DNA from: Catajapyx aquilonaris
Taxonomy: Eukaryota
Direction: 5' to 3'
Length of the DNA: 36,745 nucleotides
Assembly (NCBI GenBank): GCA_000934665.2
Contig: JYFJ02003875.1
Coordinates: forward strand, 1 to 36,745
Part shown: in pieces, positions 12,942 through 23,300 of the stretch
How positions within the stretch are numbered: position 1 is the stretch's first letter
Layout: every line of letters begins with the position of its first letter
Notes under the pieces: generated by a model
Databases searched by the model: none
What the model was told of the DNA's origin: nothing
The model's input: the letters and a program-made list of their open reading frames with translations, nothing else
Translations under genes and position numbers: made by a program

Positions 12942-14039
12942 TTAAGCCCATAACACACCTTTGAAGCCTTCCTTTTTAAATGCACAAATAACAGCTTCAA
13001 GTATGCCCAGTTTCACCCTCCTATGCTGCACACTAGTCCACCTGCAGCTTTCAGCTGCCCTCTCCAAACACTTGTGCAAATCTTGACTTATCAACAACAC
13101 CATACGTGCACCCAGCTTTCCAACTCGATCCATTTCTTGCACAACAAGTGGAATTAATTCTCTCACACTCTCTACCGTTCCATATTTGAGCCCAAATGGC
13201 AGATCACACAGCACAACATTGATGCAACAATCTTCAAGTGGCAGACACTGTGCATCGCCTTGTAACAAGGCAACATTTTTTGTCTCTGCATAAGCTACAT
13301 TTTCAGCAGCCTTCTCTAACTGGGATGCATCAATATCAATGGCAATTGAGAAAGATGGTTTGTCTCGCAGAGCCTCAATAATGATGGTGGCAGCCCCACA
13401 CATAGGATCCAACACAGTGTCACCTGGGGATATGCCGCCCCACATGGCCATTGCCCGGCAAACGGTGGATCTCAGGTTCGTGTGGAGCAAGTACACACGT
13501 TCCGAGATTGGCTGCACAGAAACAGGCAACCCAATGGTTATACCATCATTGTTTAGTTGCACGTAAATTTCAACCAGAGGTGCTCGCAAATCCACATCCC
13601 ACTTCATGACGGATTTGACCTCATGTGACAGCAACCTCGCCACATCCACCGGTTTGAAAGTCCTCTTAAAGCCTCCACCCACTTTGGCACTGACTCTAAA
13701 AGTAATTGTCATTTTGGCTTTCTTAGCCTCCTTACGCCAACCTTGGAAATCAACCCATTTTTGGAAAGGCTCACTCCAGGTGGGCACCGACTCTGCAAAG
13801 AGCGTGGCCAACCTGGCAGCCTCGGAGCGCTGCCAGGTGACATCCAGCCGTGGCTTGTGCTCCAGCATGGCAAAGAGGCGCTCTGCCGTCCCAATCAGCA
13901 GCAACCTCTCTGGGTCCAGCTGGGACTGAAAGAAGACCTTTCCCTGGACCACCTGCGTAACCAGGCATCCCATCGCTACTAGCTCATCCCTACAGAACGG
14001 CTCCAGACCCGAGCCAACAGTGCAGAAGAAGCTCCACAT
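12942..14039 (-). CDS. THUMPD2: THUMP domain-containing protein 2 (U6 snRNA m2G methyltransferase family), intronless 365-aa CDS
   Basis: First ATG at 14039 gives MWSFFCTVGSGLEPF...GKVFF (human FFCTAGRGLEPF...GKVFF); THUMP segment TFRVSAK; SAM motif VLDPMCGAATIIIEA; motif IV CDLPFG. Confidence 0.9.
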   Translation of the reverse strand: MWSFFCTVGSGLEPFCRDELVAMGCLVTQVVQGKVFFQSQLDPERLLLIGTAERLFAMLEHKPRLDVTWQRSEAARLATLFAESVPTWSEPFQKWVDFQGWRKEAKKAKMTITFRVSAKVGGGFKRTFKPVDVARLLSHEVKSVMKWDVDLRAPLVEIYVQLNNDGITIGLPVSVQPISERVYLLHTNLRSTVCRAMAMWGGISPGDTVLDPMCGAATIIIEALRDKPSFSIAIDIDASQLEKAAENVAYAETKNVALLQGDAQCLPLEDCCINVVLCDLPFGLKYGTVESVRELIPLVVQEMDRVGKLGARMVLLISQDLHKCLERAAESCRWTSVQHRRVKLGILEAVICAFKKEGFKGVLWA

Positions 14040-14205
14040 CTCTCGAGTGCCGTGCTGTGAATCCCACGCAGCCAGTTGTGTGGTCACTGTGAGCAAGTTC
14101 GTTAACCTGGATTTTAAAATCTGCTCCTTCCACCGCAGGCCACCGCGCAACTGTCGACAACTCGAGGGAGGGATTGTCCTCGGTCCATTCCCCAGCGTAA
14201 CCTAC

Positions 14206-14583
14206 CTGTTGCGGCAGTCCCACCAGTCCGGTCCAGCCCTGCAGACTTTAACTGTCCTCTGCACCTTTCAAAATGATCATTTTCTCTAACGAGTGTGTGT
14301 GTGTGTGTGTGTGTGGGAGGGAAAGGAGGGGGAGGAGGAGGAGGAGGGAAGAGAAACGTTGCTTTACCAACTCGGCCGCCTGTTTGGTCGGTGGCGCTGC
14401 AGGTCTACAGAATTTCCGAACGCTTGGAAGGGAAAGTGACGTCACTCGCTTAGGTCTTCTGGTCTGCTCTTCACATCTTCTGTACGCACCCCACACACAC
14501 ACTGAGGAAAACGTGTAGGTAGTGTACGGTCCAAGGTGGTACGGTCTAACGTGCTTCTCCTAATACACCGGCCTTATTTTCAG
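14206..14583. promoter_or_regulatory. Bidirectional promoter and leader-exon region between THUMPD2/CNTROB (-) and COA1 (+)
   Basis: CpG-rich interval between divergent ATGs 560 bp apart; perfect CRE palindrome AG-TGACGTCA-CT at 14435-14446; minus-strand donor CAG|GTAGGT at 14205; plus-strand donor GTAGGT near 14515 and acceptor TTATTTTCAG ending 14583. Confidence 0.65.
14293..14315 (+). repeat. (GT)11 microsatellite
   Basis: Read directly from the sequence. Confidence 0.95.
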
Positions 14584-14598
14584 GTGAACCAACCATAA

Positions 14599-15039
14599 AT
14601 GGCAACGAATCTGACGTTGGCGAAAGTGGCTGCTGTTGGGGGCTTCCTGACTGTGAGTGCTGGTATGCTGTTCCGGTGGGAGATACAGCGGAAAGTGAGG
14701 AAGGCTGAGTTTTACCAGCGCTCCATAACCATGCTGAACAACCATGCGGGTGCGATGGATCTCCTAGGACCGCCTGTGATGGCGGGGAATGTGGACTTGG
14801 GGGATACGGGGAAGAACTTTTGTGATGCGCATCAAGCGCAGTTTGAGGTTCCTGTTAGAGGGAAGAAAGAGACTGGGAAGCTCTATCTGTGGGCTGAGAG
14901 GCCTGATGTGAAGCGGGGTTGGGAGATCAGCAGGCTGGAGTTAAGTCTCAACAAGGATGAAAGCAGGAGGCTGGTGTTGCACAGAGGGGCGACAGACGAT
15001 GCCAGGCAAAGTGAAGAAATGTTCTCAATGAATAGTTGA
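14599..15039 (+). CDS. COA1: Cytochrome c oxidase assembly factor 1 homolog (Coa1 family), single coding exon, 146 aa
   Basis: N-terminal TM segment followed by FYQRSITMLNNHAGAMDLLGPPV...AQFEVPVRGKKETGKLYLWA...WEISRLEL, the Coa1-family pattern; A at -3 of the ATG; splice acceptor 15 nt upstream. Confidence 0.85.
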   Translation: MATNLTLAKVAAVGGFLTVSAGMLFRWEIQRKVRKAEFYQRSITMLNNHAGAMDLLGPPVMAGNVDLGDTGKNFCDAHQAQFEVPVRGKKETGKLYLWAERPDVKRGWEISRLELSLNKDESRRLVLHRGATDDARQSEEMFSMNS

Positions 15040-16671
15040 AAACTCTTCAGCTCTACTGCGTAATTTTTTAATGTAGTGACACTCATCAAGGTTGTTTCAC
15101 ACTGTTACTATTATTACATTAGGAAGCCAATGTGAACAGGTCACAGGTGGAGTCACAGGGTCATATTCCTGAGACCAACATATGAGTTTTCTGCCCTTTA
15201 CTTGCATCCTGCAAAAGTGTGACATGTCCCTGATATGTAAATAAGTAAATTGTGTGCATTTGACCTATAATCTGTTAATCCATTTTGTGAACTGGATATG
15301 CAGACTCAAGCAGGCTCTTTGTGCGTGAGGAAATACCAAAAGTTATACCACTCCATTTTGACCAACATTTGATATTTGATATTGACTTTTTGTACAATGG
15401 CGTACCACTGACACATGTAGCAGAGGATTGAAATCTTCATGATAATTTGTCACAACAGGTGGGACATTTGGTTGCTGGTAAATTGATTGACGTTACAAGA
15501 GTACATAATTAATAATGTAATTTGTTTTAGTGCCTGTATATGCAGTTTATTCATAAGCTAGAAAAGTTATATCGGCAAGGAATGTTTGGCTTGAATAAAT
15601 CAGTGAGAGTGTAATGATATAACTTGTGCAAATGATTTTGCTACGCATTTATGATAGTGTCTGTGTTTTCTAAGCCTGAAAATGTTTTGTATGAAAATGA
15701 TTATACTAACAAAATATAACTCTGCTGTTGCATTTTGTAGGTCAAGGTCAAATCATAATTGGATATGATTTGTGCAGTACTATGATCCATCAAGACATGG
15801 TGTAAAACAAATATGGCGTGCAGCAAGCAGGATATACCACACATGAATTTGGTTTCTTGTAAATCCAGTGTTGCTATTACAACAATGCATAATAATTAAC
15901 ATTGCGTTTGAGGCGAGGTAATAGAGATCCTGTTATTACAGTACAGTGCAAGGTAGCCTGCAATACTACACAGTGCACATACTCAACCATAGTGTAAGTG
16001 TTCACCTGTGAGATCCAGCACATAGGTACAGTACCAGTAACCTGAATATTTTTTTATACTGCAAATGTGCTCAGACCAAGCCTGTGGATTTTGAGGGACA
16101 AATAGCAGGGATGGCGGGCTCATTCAAATGTGAGCGGTTCAGATACCTCAACTTGAATGAGGCGGTACAGTTATTTCAAAAATATTTGAAACGAGCTTGG
16201 TAATAACAAGGTCTCATCGCGCACAATCCAGTGCGGGGACTGCTAACATTAGTTGTACTCTAGTACAGCATAGGCAACCATCGGAAAAATTTGTAGTGTA
16301 TCGTGTGCTGCTAGTGATAGATGAAACAGGATGAAATACTGCGACGTCACATCTTTGGGCGTCTTTGGGTATTGAACCGCTGGATGAACACCTTATTTCC
16401 AACCGTGCAGTTATGACAGTCTGTACCGCAAAAGAGAATGGATGTGCATTTCGTTGTGTCGAGTAGTTGTCCAACTCCCCAATCAATCGGGCTGATGCGC
16501 TGATCCGCAGCGAGGTGCATTTCTGGTCGACTTGGTGGTAGACGAACTGCCAGCCGCGGAGAACTGCACGGGGGCCAGTTGAAGACCCGCCTTGGCAGGT
16601 GGGCAGCATCATCAGTGGATCCAGTCTGAGACTCTGAGCCCAAAGCAGGGCAGGGCGCCAACCGCATCGCG

Positions 16672-17721
16672 ATGACGGTCCACAACATGTACCTGTTCGA
16701 CCGAAACGGCACCCTCCTCTACTACACAGAGTGGAACAGGAGGAAGCAGTCTGGCATCACCAAGGACGAGGTGCGTGAGTCTCACTGGATATATTGGGTC
16801 TTGACATGATCACTCACAGTTATTGATGTGGTCATCCTGCCCGTGGGCCCGGGCGCTTCAAAAATAGGATTCCCAAAATTGTATACCATCGCAATAAAGG
16901 TCTGGCAGAAGACCCTAGCTCTGGGGTTAGCCGAATACCCAATCAATTATTATTGATGTGGTTGTCACAGCACTGGTCCCACACGCAACAAATTTCCAGT
17001 GGCACTGCTGGAAACAAGCTACAACTACTCATGACGCGCCTCACGCACTGTGGAGAACATGTCTTTGTCCAGCAAAGCATGAACCGGAGACGGCATGGAC
17101 CTTGGTGCTAGAGACAGACCCCCTCTAATTATAACTTGAACCATGAAACATGCACTATTCCAGAACTTAATGTCCTGGTCTGGAGATGAGTCAACAGTGG
17201 CCCATAAAGTATGCATATCTCGTTCTTTTTCTAGGAGGCTAAGCTGATGTATGGGATGCTATTCTCAATCAAGTCCTTCGTGAGTAAAATATCACCAGTG
17301 GATGTAAAGGAAGGATTTCAGTGCTACAAGACAAACAAGTACAAGTTGAACTTCTTTGAGACACCCTCAGGCCTCAAATTTGTCCTGAACACAGATCTGA
17401 GTGCACCTGCTGTCCGAGAATTGCTGAAGGAGGTCTACTCCAAGGTGAGAGGTCACATGTTGTATTGAACTGCATGCCAACACTATAAAATAAGCGAACG
17501 TGGGATCAATCCCTACATGTAGGAAGCAATACCCAAATTTTTCATGACATTACCATGTGTTACTGCAGAGCCAATATATGTTACTCTTTCAGATATATGT
17601 GGAATACGTGGTAAAGAGTCCGCTGTGGCAACCTGGAGAACCAATTGCAAGTGAGCTTTTCAAGTGCAAATTGGATGAACTCATACAGCAGTCAGCTGCT
17701 TTCACATCAAGGAACATCTGA
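16672..17721 (+). CDS. TRAPPC1: Trafficking protein particle complex subunit 1 (Bet5), 145 aa
   Basis: Exons 16672-16770, 17235-17444 and 17593-17721; [23 protein letters not shown]...[22 protein letters not shown]...[15 protein letters not shown]...[14 protein letters not shown] introns; ATTAAA and AATAAA downstream. Confidence 0.96.
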
Positions 17722-18379
17722 ATTATTAAATGGTGCAAAGTAATTAATGTACTATAAAAGTATGTACAAAATAAATTAATCACATATTGAATTTTATTTT
17801 GTAGTGAATCTATATGTTACTCGCTTCATGAACCCTGGCCTCCAGTCAGGTATAAAGGCCAAAACACAAAAAGATTTTGCGGCAGAGTCAAGCAGCAAAC
17901 GCCTGCCCCGCCAATTATTATTAATTATTGGCAATAATAAATATAAATAATAAATATGCCGCAACGCGCGCCGTTTGCCGCGCGTTTTTTTTTTTTTTTT
18001 TTTTTTTTTTTTGAGAATGGCAGTTGGAGTCAACTTGCAGTGTTGTGAAACTCCTGAAGGAGGTCACAGTTCAGTTTCAAGCTATTAGATGACCACAGAG
18101 GAATGGGTCGGAGGGAGGACACCCTTTGGAGGTTTATGATGCAGTTTCTTCCCAGAAAAGCAGGCTCTAGAGTCAGGTGTAAGCGTGTAACCCCACACTT
18201 GTTAATCATTACCTATGATATATGGATTGAACTTGACCCTGGAATAAACTCTGACTTATGCTTTACATGGCTACTCCCATGACTTGTGCAGTCATTTTGT
18301 ACACAGACCATCTAGGTCTTCATGACAGTGTGAGGGTCTTCACACTACTGGTATACATATACATGTAATTAATTAATAA

Positions 18380-19678
18380 TACATATTTCTCGACGTATAT
18401 CTGTCTGTCTGTCTTTTGTGACCTCATCAGATCCATACGGAGGCCTCCACATATGCCCCAGGGGTATCACTAGGGGTAGTTTTTTACTGGGAAGGTTCTT
18501 AGCACATTGGACTTGACCTCCGAGGTCATCCTTGGCCACAGGAGGCGAAAAGAACTTTGGATGTTGGCGCCGTTCTAATAATCCGCATATTGGTACATAA
18601 ACAAGTTGCCATGGAAATGGTCCTTCCTTCTCTCAAGGCCCTAGGGGTCACATCCACTTTGGTCACATCACCCTCTCCTCATGCCGCCACCACCAGGCCT
18701 TTGCATATACGGTATTCTTCGTCCGCCAAAAAAGGCCTCGTCCGTCTCCCCCTTCCCACACACTCCTCCATCCGCCCGCCTCTCCTGTTCCATGCTTGGT
18801 GCACCAGGAGGAACTGGTAAAACACTTGTGACTAATCTGTTGTTGGCGAAAGTTCATCAGGATCAACAAATTGCACTTGAGGTTGCCTCTTCTGGCATAG
18901 CAACTATACTCTTTTGCCTGGTGGGAGGACTGCCCATGCAGCGTTCAAGCTTCCTCTTAATTTAGCTACACAGGAAAATGCAAGGTGCAACATCAGCAAG
19001 GGTACCGGGGTGGCACAACTTTTGAGTCAGTGCAGGTTAATTGTTTGGGATGAGTGCACCATGTCCCACAAAGCAGCTTTTGAAGCTCTGGACATCCAGG
19101 ATATCCGGGAATGCAAAACGATTATGGGTGGAGTAACTTTGGTTTTGGCTGGGAACTTCAGACAGACATTGCCTGTTGTTCCACGAGGCACACGAGCTGA
19201 TGAGATAAAAGCTTGCCTAAAGTCTTCTTATCTCTGGACTCATGTTAGAAAATTCAATCTCTCTACGAACATGAGGGCCTATCTGCTTGGTGACTACTAC
19301 TCAGAGGAATTTGCATGCGACCTGTTATTAGGAAATGGCCAATTTAGAACCGATGCCCTATAGGAAATGTTGACATGGGATTGATCGGTACGAAGATGTC
19401 CTCTGTCGATGAATTAAAATTTAAGGTCTTTCCCAATCTTTGCCTCAACTACCAGAGACACAGTTGGTTGTGTGAGAGAGCAATATTAGCTCCGAAAAAC
19501 AACACCGTCAATCTCATCAACGCACAACTCCTCAACCAACTACCTGGTCCTTCCCACTGTTCTGTGGACACAGTCCCAGACGAAGCCCAGGTTATGGTGT
19601 ATTGCAAAGGTCCGAATCAATGAGTCACTCCTATGGAAAAGTATTCCATAACCCGAGCAACGCTGGGTATCCTGCTAG
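18380..19678 (+). mobile_element. Non-autonomous Helitron carrying frameshifted Pif1-helicase fragments
   Basis: Walker A GAPGGTGKT, ASSGIA, GGRTAH..FKLP, WDECTM, GNFRQTLPV, LSTNMR and ERAILAPKN spread over three broken ORFs; 3' hairpin ACCCGAGCAACGCTGGGT followed by CTAG|T (19651-19679); 5' (TCTG)n tract; 5' boundary approximate. Confidence 0.9.
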
Positions 19679-20382
19679 TGTAAAATATTTCAAGCAAAAC
19701 TCAGCCTTGTTCAACCAGGCCATAGCCCGAAACAATGTTGTTTCCTTACTAGCCCAGAAATAGTGGACCATTGTAGTGTAGCTGAAATAACCTCCCACGT
19801 GCGTGATTTGAGCCTGAAACACTAAGAGAGTAAAAAGAAACCCTTGCGCACACAGGTCACGCTTTATTACAATGAAAAGTATCTTCAACTTTCACAACAT
19901 TAACAATGAATATTCTCATATTCTACAAAAAGCATATGACTTGAAGTGATTAACAAAATAATTAGATGACATAACATCTTATTAAATTTGCCATTATTAG
20001 TTTCATTGCCACTAACCTAAATTGTGAAATTATGTCATGCCTTCATACCAGTTAACATAAGAAATATGTATCCTGTATGGTAAATGTCATTAATTATAAG
20101 GGCATTTTAAATGCAATTGTTCAGCTATCATTTATTAATAACTCTGCATCAAGTCAAACTTGCCTCTCACATTCTCAAATTCATCACAAATCCTTTACAG
20201 CAGCAAATAGGTAGTGAAGACTTTTTAAAACATATCAACCATATTTGCAAATATAACACTATGTACACCATATCTTATACACACAGCTTTCTCTCATTCT
20301 CATCATAAATAATTATTTATAACAAAATAATATGTTTCTATCACTGGCTGGGCCCAATGGTTAATTAACTTTCTTACTCTTC

Positions 20383-23300
20383 TCACGCCATAGCAGAGGC
20401 TGGCAAAGAACTGTGCTTGGGTTTGACCTTGTTGAGAAACACTTTTATGCACCCATTGAAATCAGCGCTCACTATGACGTATCCGGAGCACCCAGAAGTC
20501 TGTGGTGGGAGGAGGGGATCTTCTGTCTTCTGCCTCTCACGCTCAACCTGCTTTATCACCAGGTCAGGATTTGGAGCAAACACTGCGCAGGTCACTAAAG
20601 CATTGTGAGCTGTGGGAAAATCCAATTATCATTATGAAGCGCAATCAATAAGCAACCACATTTCATTACTTTGAAATCAATGAATTTAAGTGAAAGTGCC
20701 GAAACTTGGACACATGAATAAACTCCAGAGCTCATAATATTTAATTTACGCTACCCTCTTCTTATGGCACTATTGATAAGTCTGGAAGTATTCCTTGTAA
20801 CACCTAAATGACTGGTATCTGAATAGAAGAGCACCAGTCTCAACTGGGAACAATTATTATTACACTTGCTAGGCCCAGACTTTTGCACCTTTTAAGTACT
20901 TGTAATATTCTCCTTACAAACCATATAATCTTTATTTGTTCTTTAAATGCTTGGTTAATAAGCCAATTTTTTAAACCTCATCCTATAAATATTCACATGA
21001 TGGTAGGCTACTCATACAGTATTAATAATTATGGTGTGACATCTCACCTTTAATCCCTTCCCAATAGTCGTTCCGGTCACGTCTTGCTGAGCTGAACTTA
21101 GCGTAGTCATGGTGTGTCCGCCATATGTATATGCACTGATTCTCTGACCCACTGATTATGTACTTGCCATCATGACTGCCAAAAATAAAATAAACTATTA
21201 ACTCTCTCAACAACTAAAAGTATGGTCAAAAGGAATAAATAATCCTTTTGAAATATATATCACACTCACACAACTTTCAAAAAGTCGTCAGACCAATTTG
21301 ATTTCTCACAACCACGCCTCAAGAAGAACCCCCAACAAAACCCGCATGAACATGAAAATCACTGAAATTCTTTCTGCAAGAGCAAGTCCTCAGCCTGACT
21401 TTCGGACTGAACTTGGGACCTCAGGGGTGGGAGATTTTGGCTATGTTGTGATATGATATGCACACAGCTGCCTTAAAAGACAACGTCAAAAATGACCCTC
21501 TAAAAATCCCAGATGTGTGAAGTCAAATTTGGTCTTAAGACTTTTTGTTTTTGTAATTCATGGATCAACTTCAAGGCAAAGAGGGTGAAGTTCCTACCTG
21601 AAGCTTGCACGTATTTGACTGCTGACGTTAGAACATCCTTTATACTTGCAAGAGAGGTTGAGGTCTCTCAGATCATACAGCCTGATGCGGCTGTCATTGG
21701 AAGTGACTAGCACCTTGTCCTCCCCTGGCATTGGTTCAATGCCGCTGATTTTTCTGCCCTTGGCATTTTTACCTCTGGTGGAGCGTACATGGATTTGTGT
21801 GTGGTACTTCAGCTGATCAGTGTTGTAAAACAGGCACCGTCCATCATACGAACCCACCACTGCAAACTTCCCATTCTGTGAGGACAACATAATGGTAATA
21901 CTTGAATTAGACGTGTCATAGACTTGCTGGACTTATCATATAGGACTATAGGTGAACAATTAATACAGCTAACATATGCCTCAAAAGAGCACAGTATGTC
22001 CAAATACAATGACTACAAGAATAACACCTGCAGAGGCTAATACGACACTGCCTACCCACAACTTCTAACCACACACACCATTATGTCTACAAATGGTCCA
22101 ACTTTTCCAGAAACTTCATTTTCATGTCTATCATCAAGTTACTACTGACTTCACCCCAGTTTCAAGATGCATTACAAGACTGCATTCTTAATAAAAGAAA
22201 TACATAGTTGACTAATGCTCAAGTAAATGCTGCTGCTTCTTGGCCACTAAGAATACTATTTATCATAACAACAACATATAATTATGCTAAAGTGGTGGCA
22301 GTTCTCTCAAAGGAACTATGAATAGAATGATATCATGTATTCATCAGCAACTCATGCAGTGCCTTAGGATTGCTCAGCATGAGCCATTCAGTGAAATATG
22401 CAATTAGCATACATCATTACTTCAATGGCATCTAAATAACCAAAGTTGTAACCAACGTAATTATCATTTGTTTCGCCACATAAGATAACCAGAATCTGTA
22501 CAAGAGAATGTAATTGCCTGGCAAAAGTTAGCAGCTGTGATCAGCTTGCTCTGTCCATCGAGTTCATTCCAGAGGGCCACTTTCTTATCAGGGATGTTCC
22601 AAAGGCGCAGCTTCCCATCCAGGGAGCCACTCAAAAAATAGCGATCATCCTGAAAAAAATGTACATGTAGTATTCTAGGGATATGAACTCAATGCTACTA
22701 CACGGGGCGGACACCATGTGTAACTTGAGGCCTAAATATCAGCTACATACCCTTGGATGAAATGCAATGGCAGTCACAAAGTCAATGTGTTGGAAACAGC
22801 ATAGGCACTCCTTCCTTGAAATGTGCCACAGGCGCACAGTCTTGTCCATGGATGAAGACAAAATGAAGTAGTTCTGCAATATATAAATCCACCAGTCATC
22901 TAGCTTCATCCAACAAGACATTTTGAAGTCCATGCCCCCACACAGAAGTACTCCACTATACATTATTCTTTTGACTCAGATCTTTCACGTTCAGAAGGTT
23001 CCATTGTGAGTTTAACTTTTCAGTCTGGTATTATTAGAAATAACTTCCACTAGAAACTATCATGCAACACAATAAAAGTAATCCTTAGGATGCTATTTAT
23101 ACTGGAAAAAAATGAATGACTTTGACAATATGTTACCTTTGACCAGGAAACATCAAGTAGATCTGATGTATGTCCAGAATATATGCAGAATGGCTTTGGC
23201 ATGAAAGGAGCAATGGCATCCTGCTCTCCCCCATCCTGCTCTGCACTCCCACCAGCCGCAGCTGCTGCTGCTGCATGGGCCATCAGAAGCGCATCATCTG

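Noticed and set aside
14040..14150. N-terminal extension of the THUMPD2 ORF from a TTG start
   Set aside because: Non-ATG start that overlaps a probable 5' UTR intron; homology begins at the ATG at 14039
17963..18012. Rho-independent terminator
   Set aside because: The locus is eukaryotic; recorded only as an unexplained hairpin plus T run
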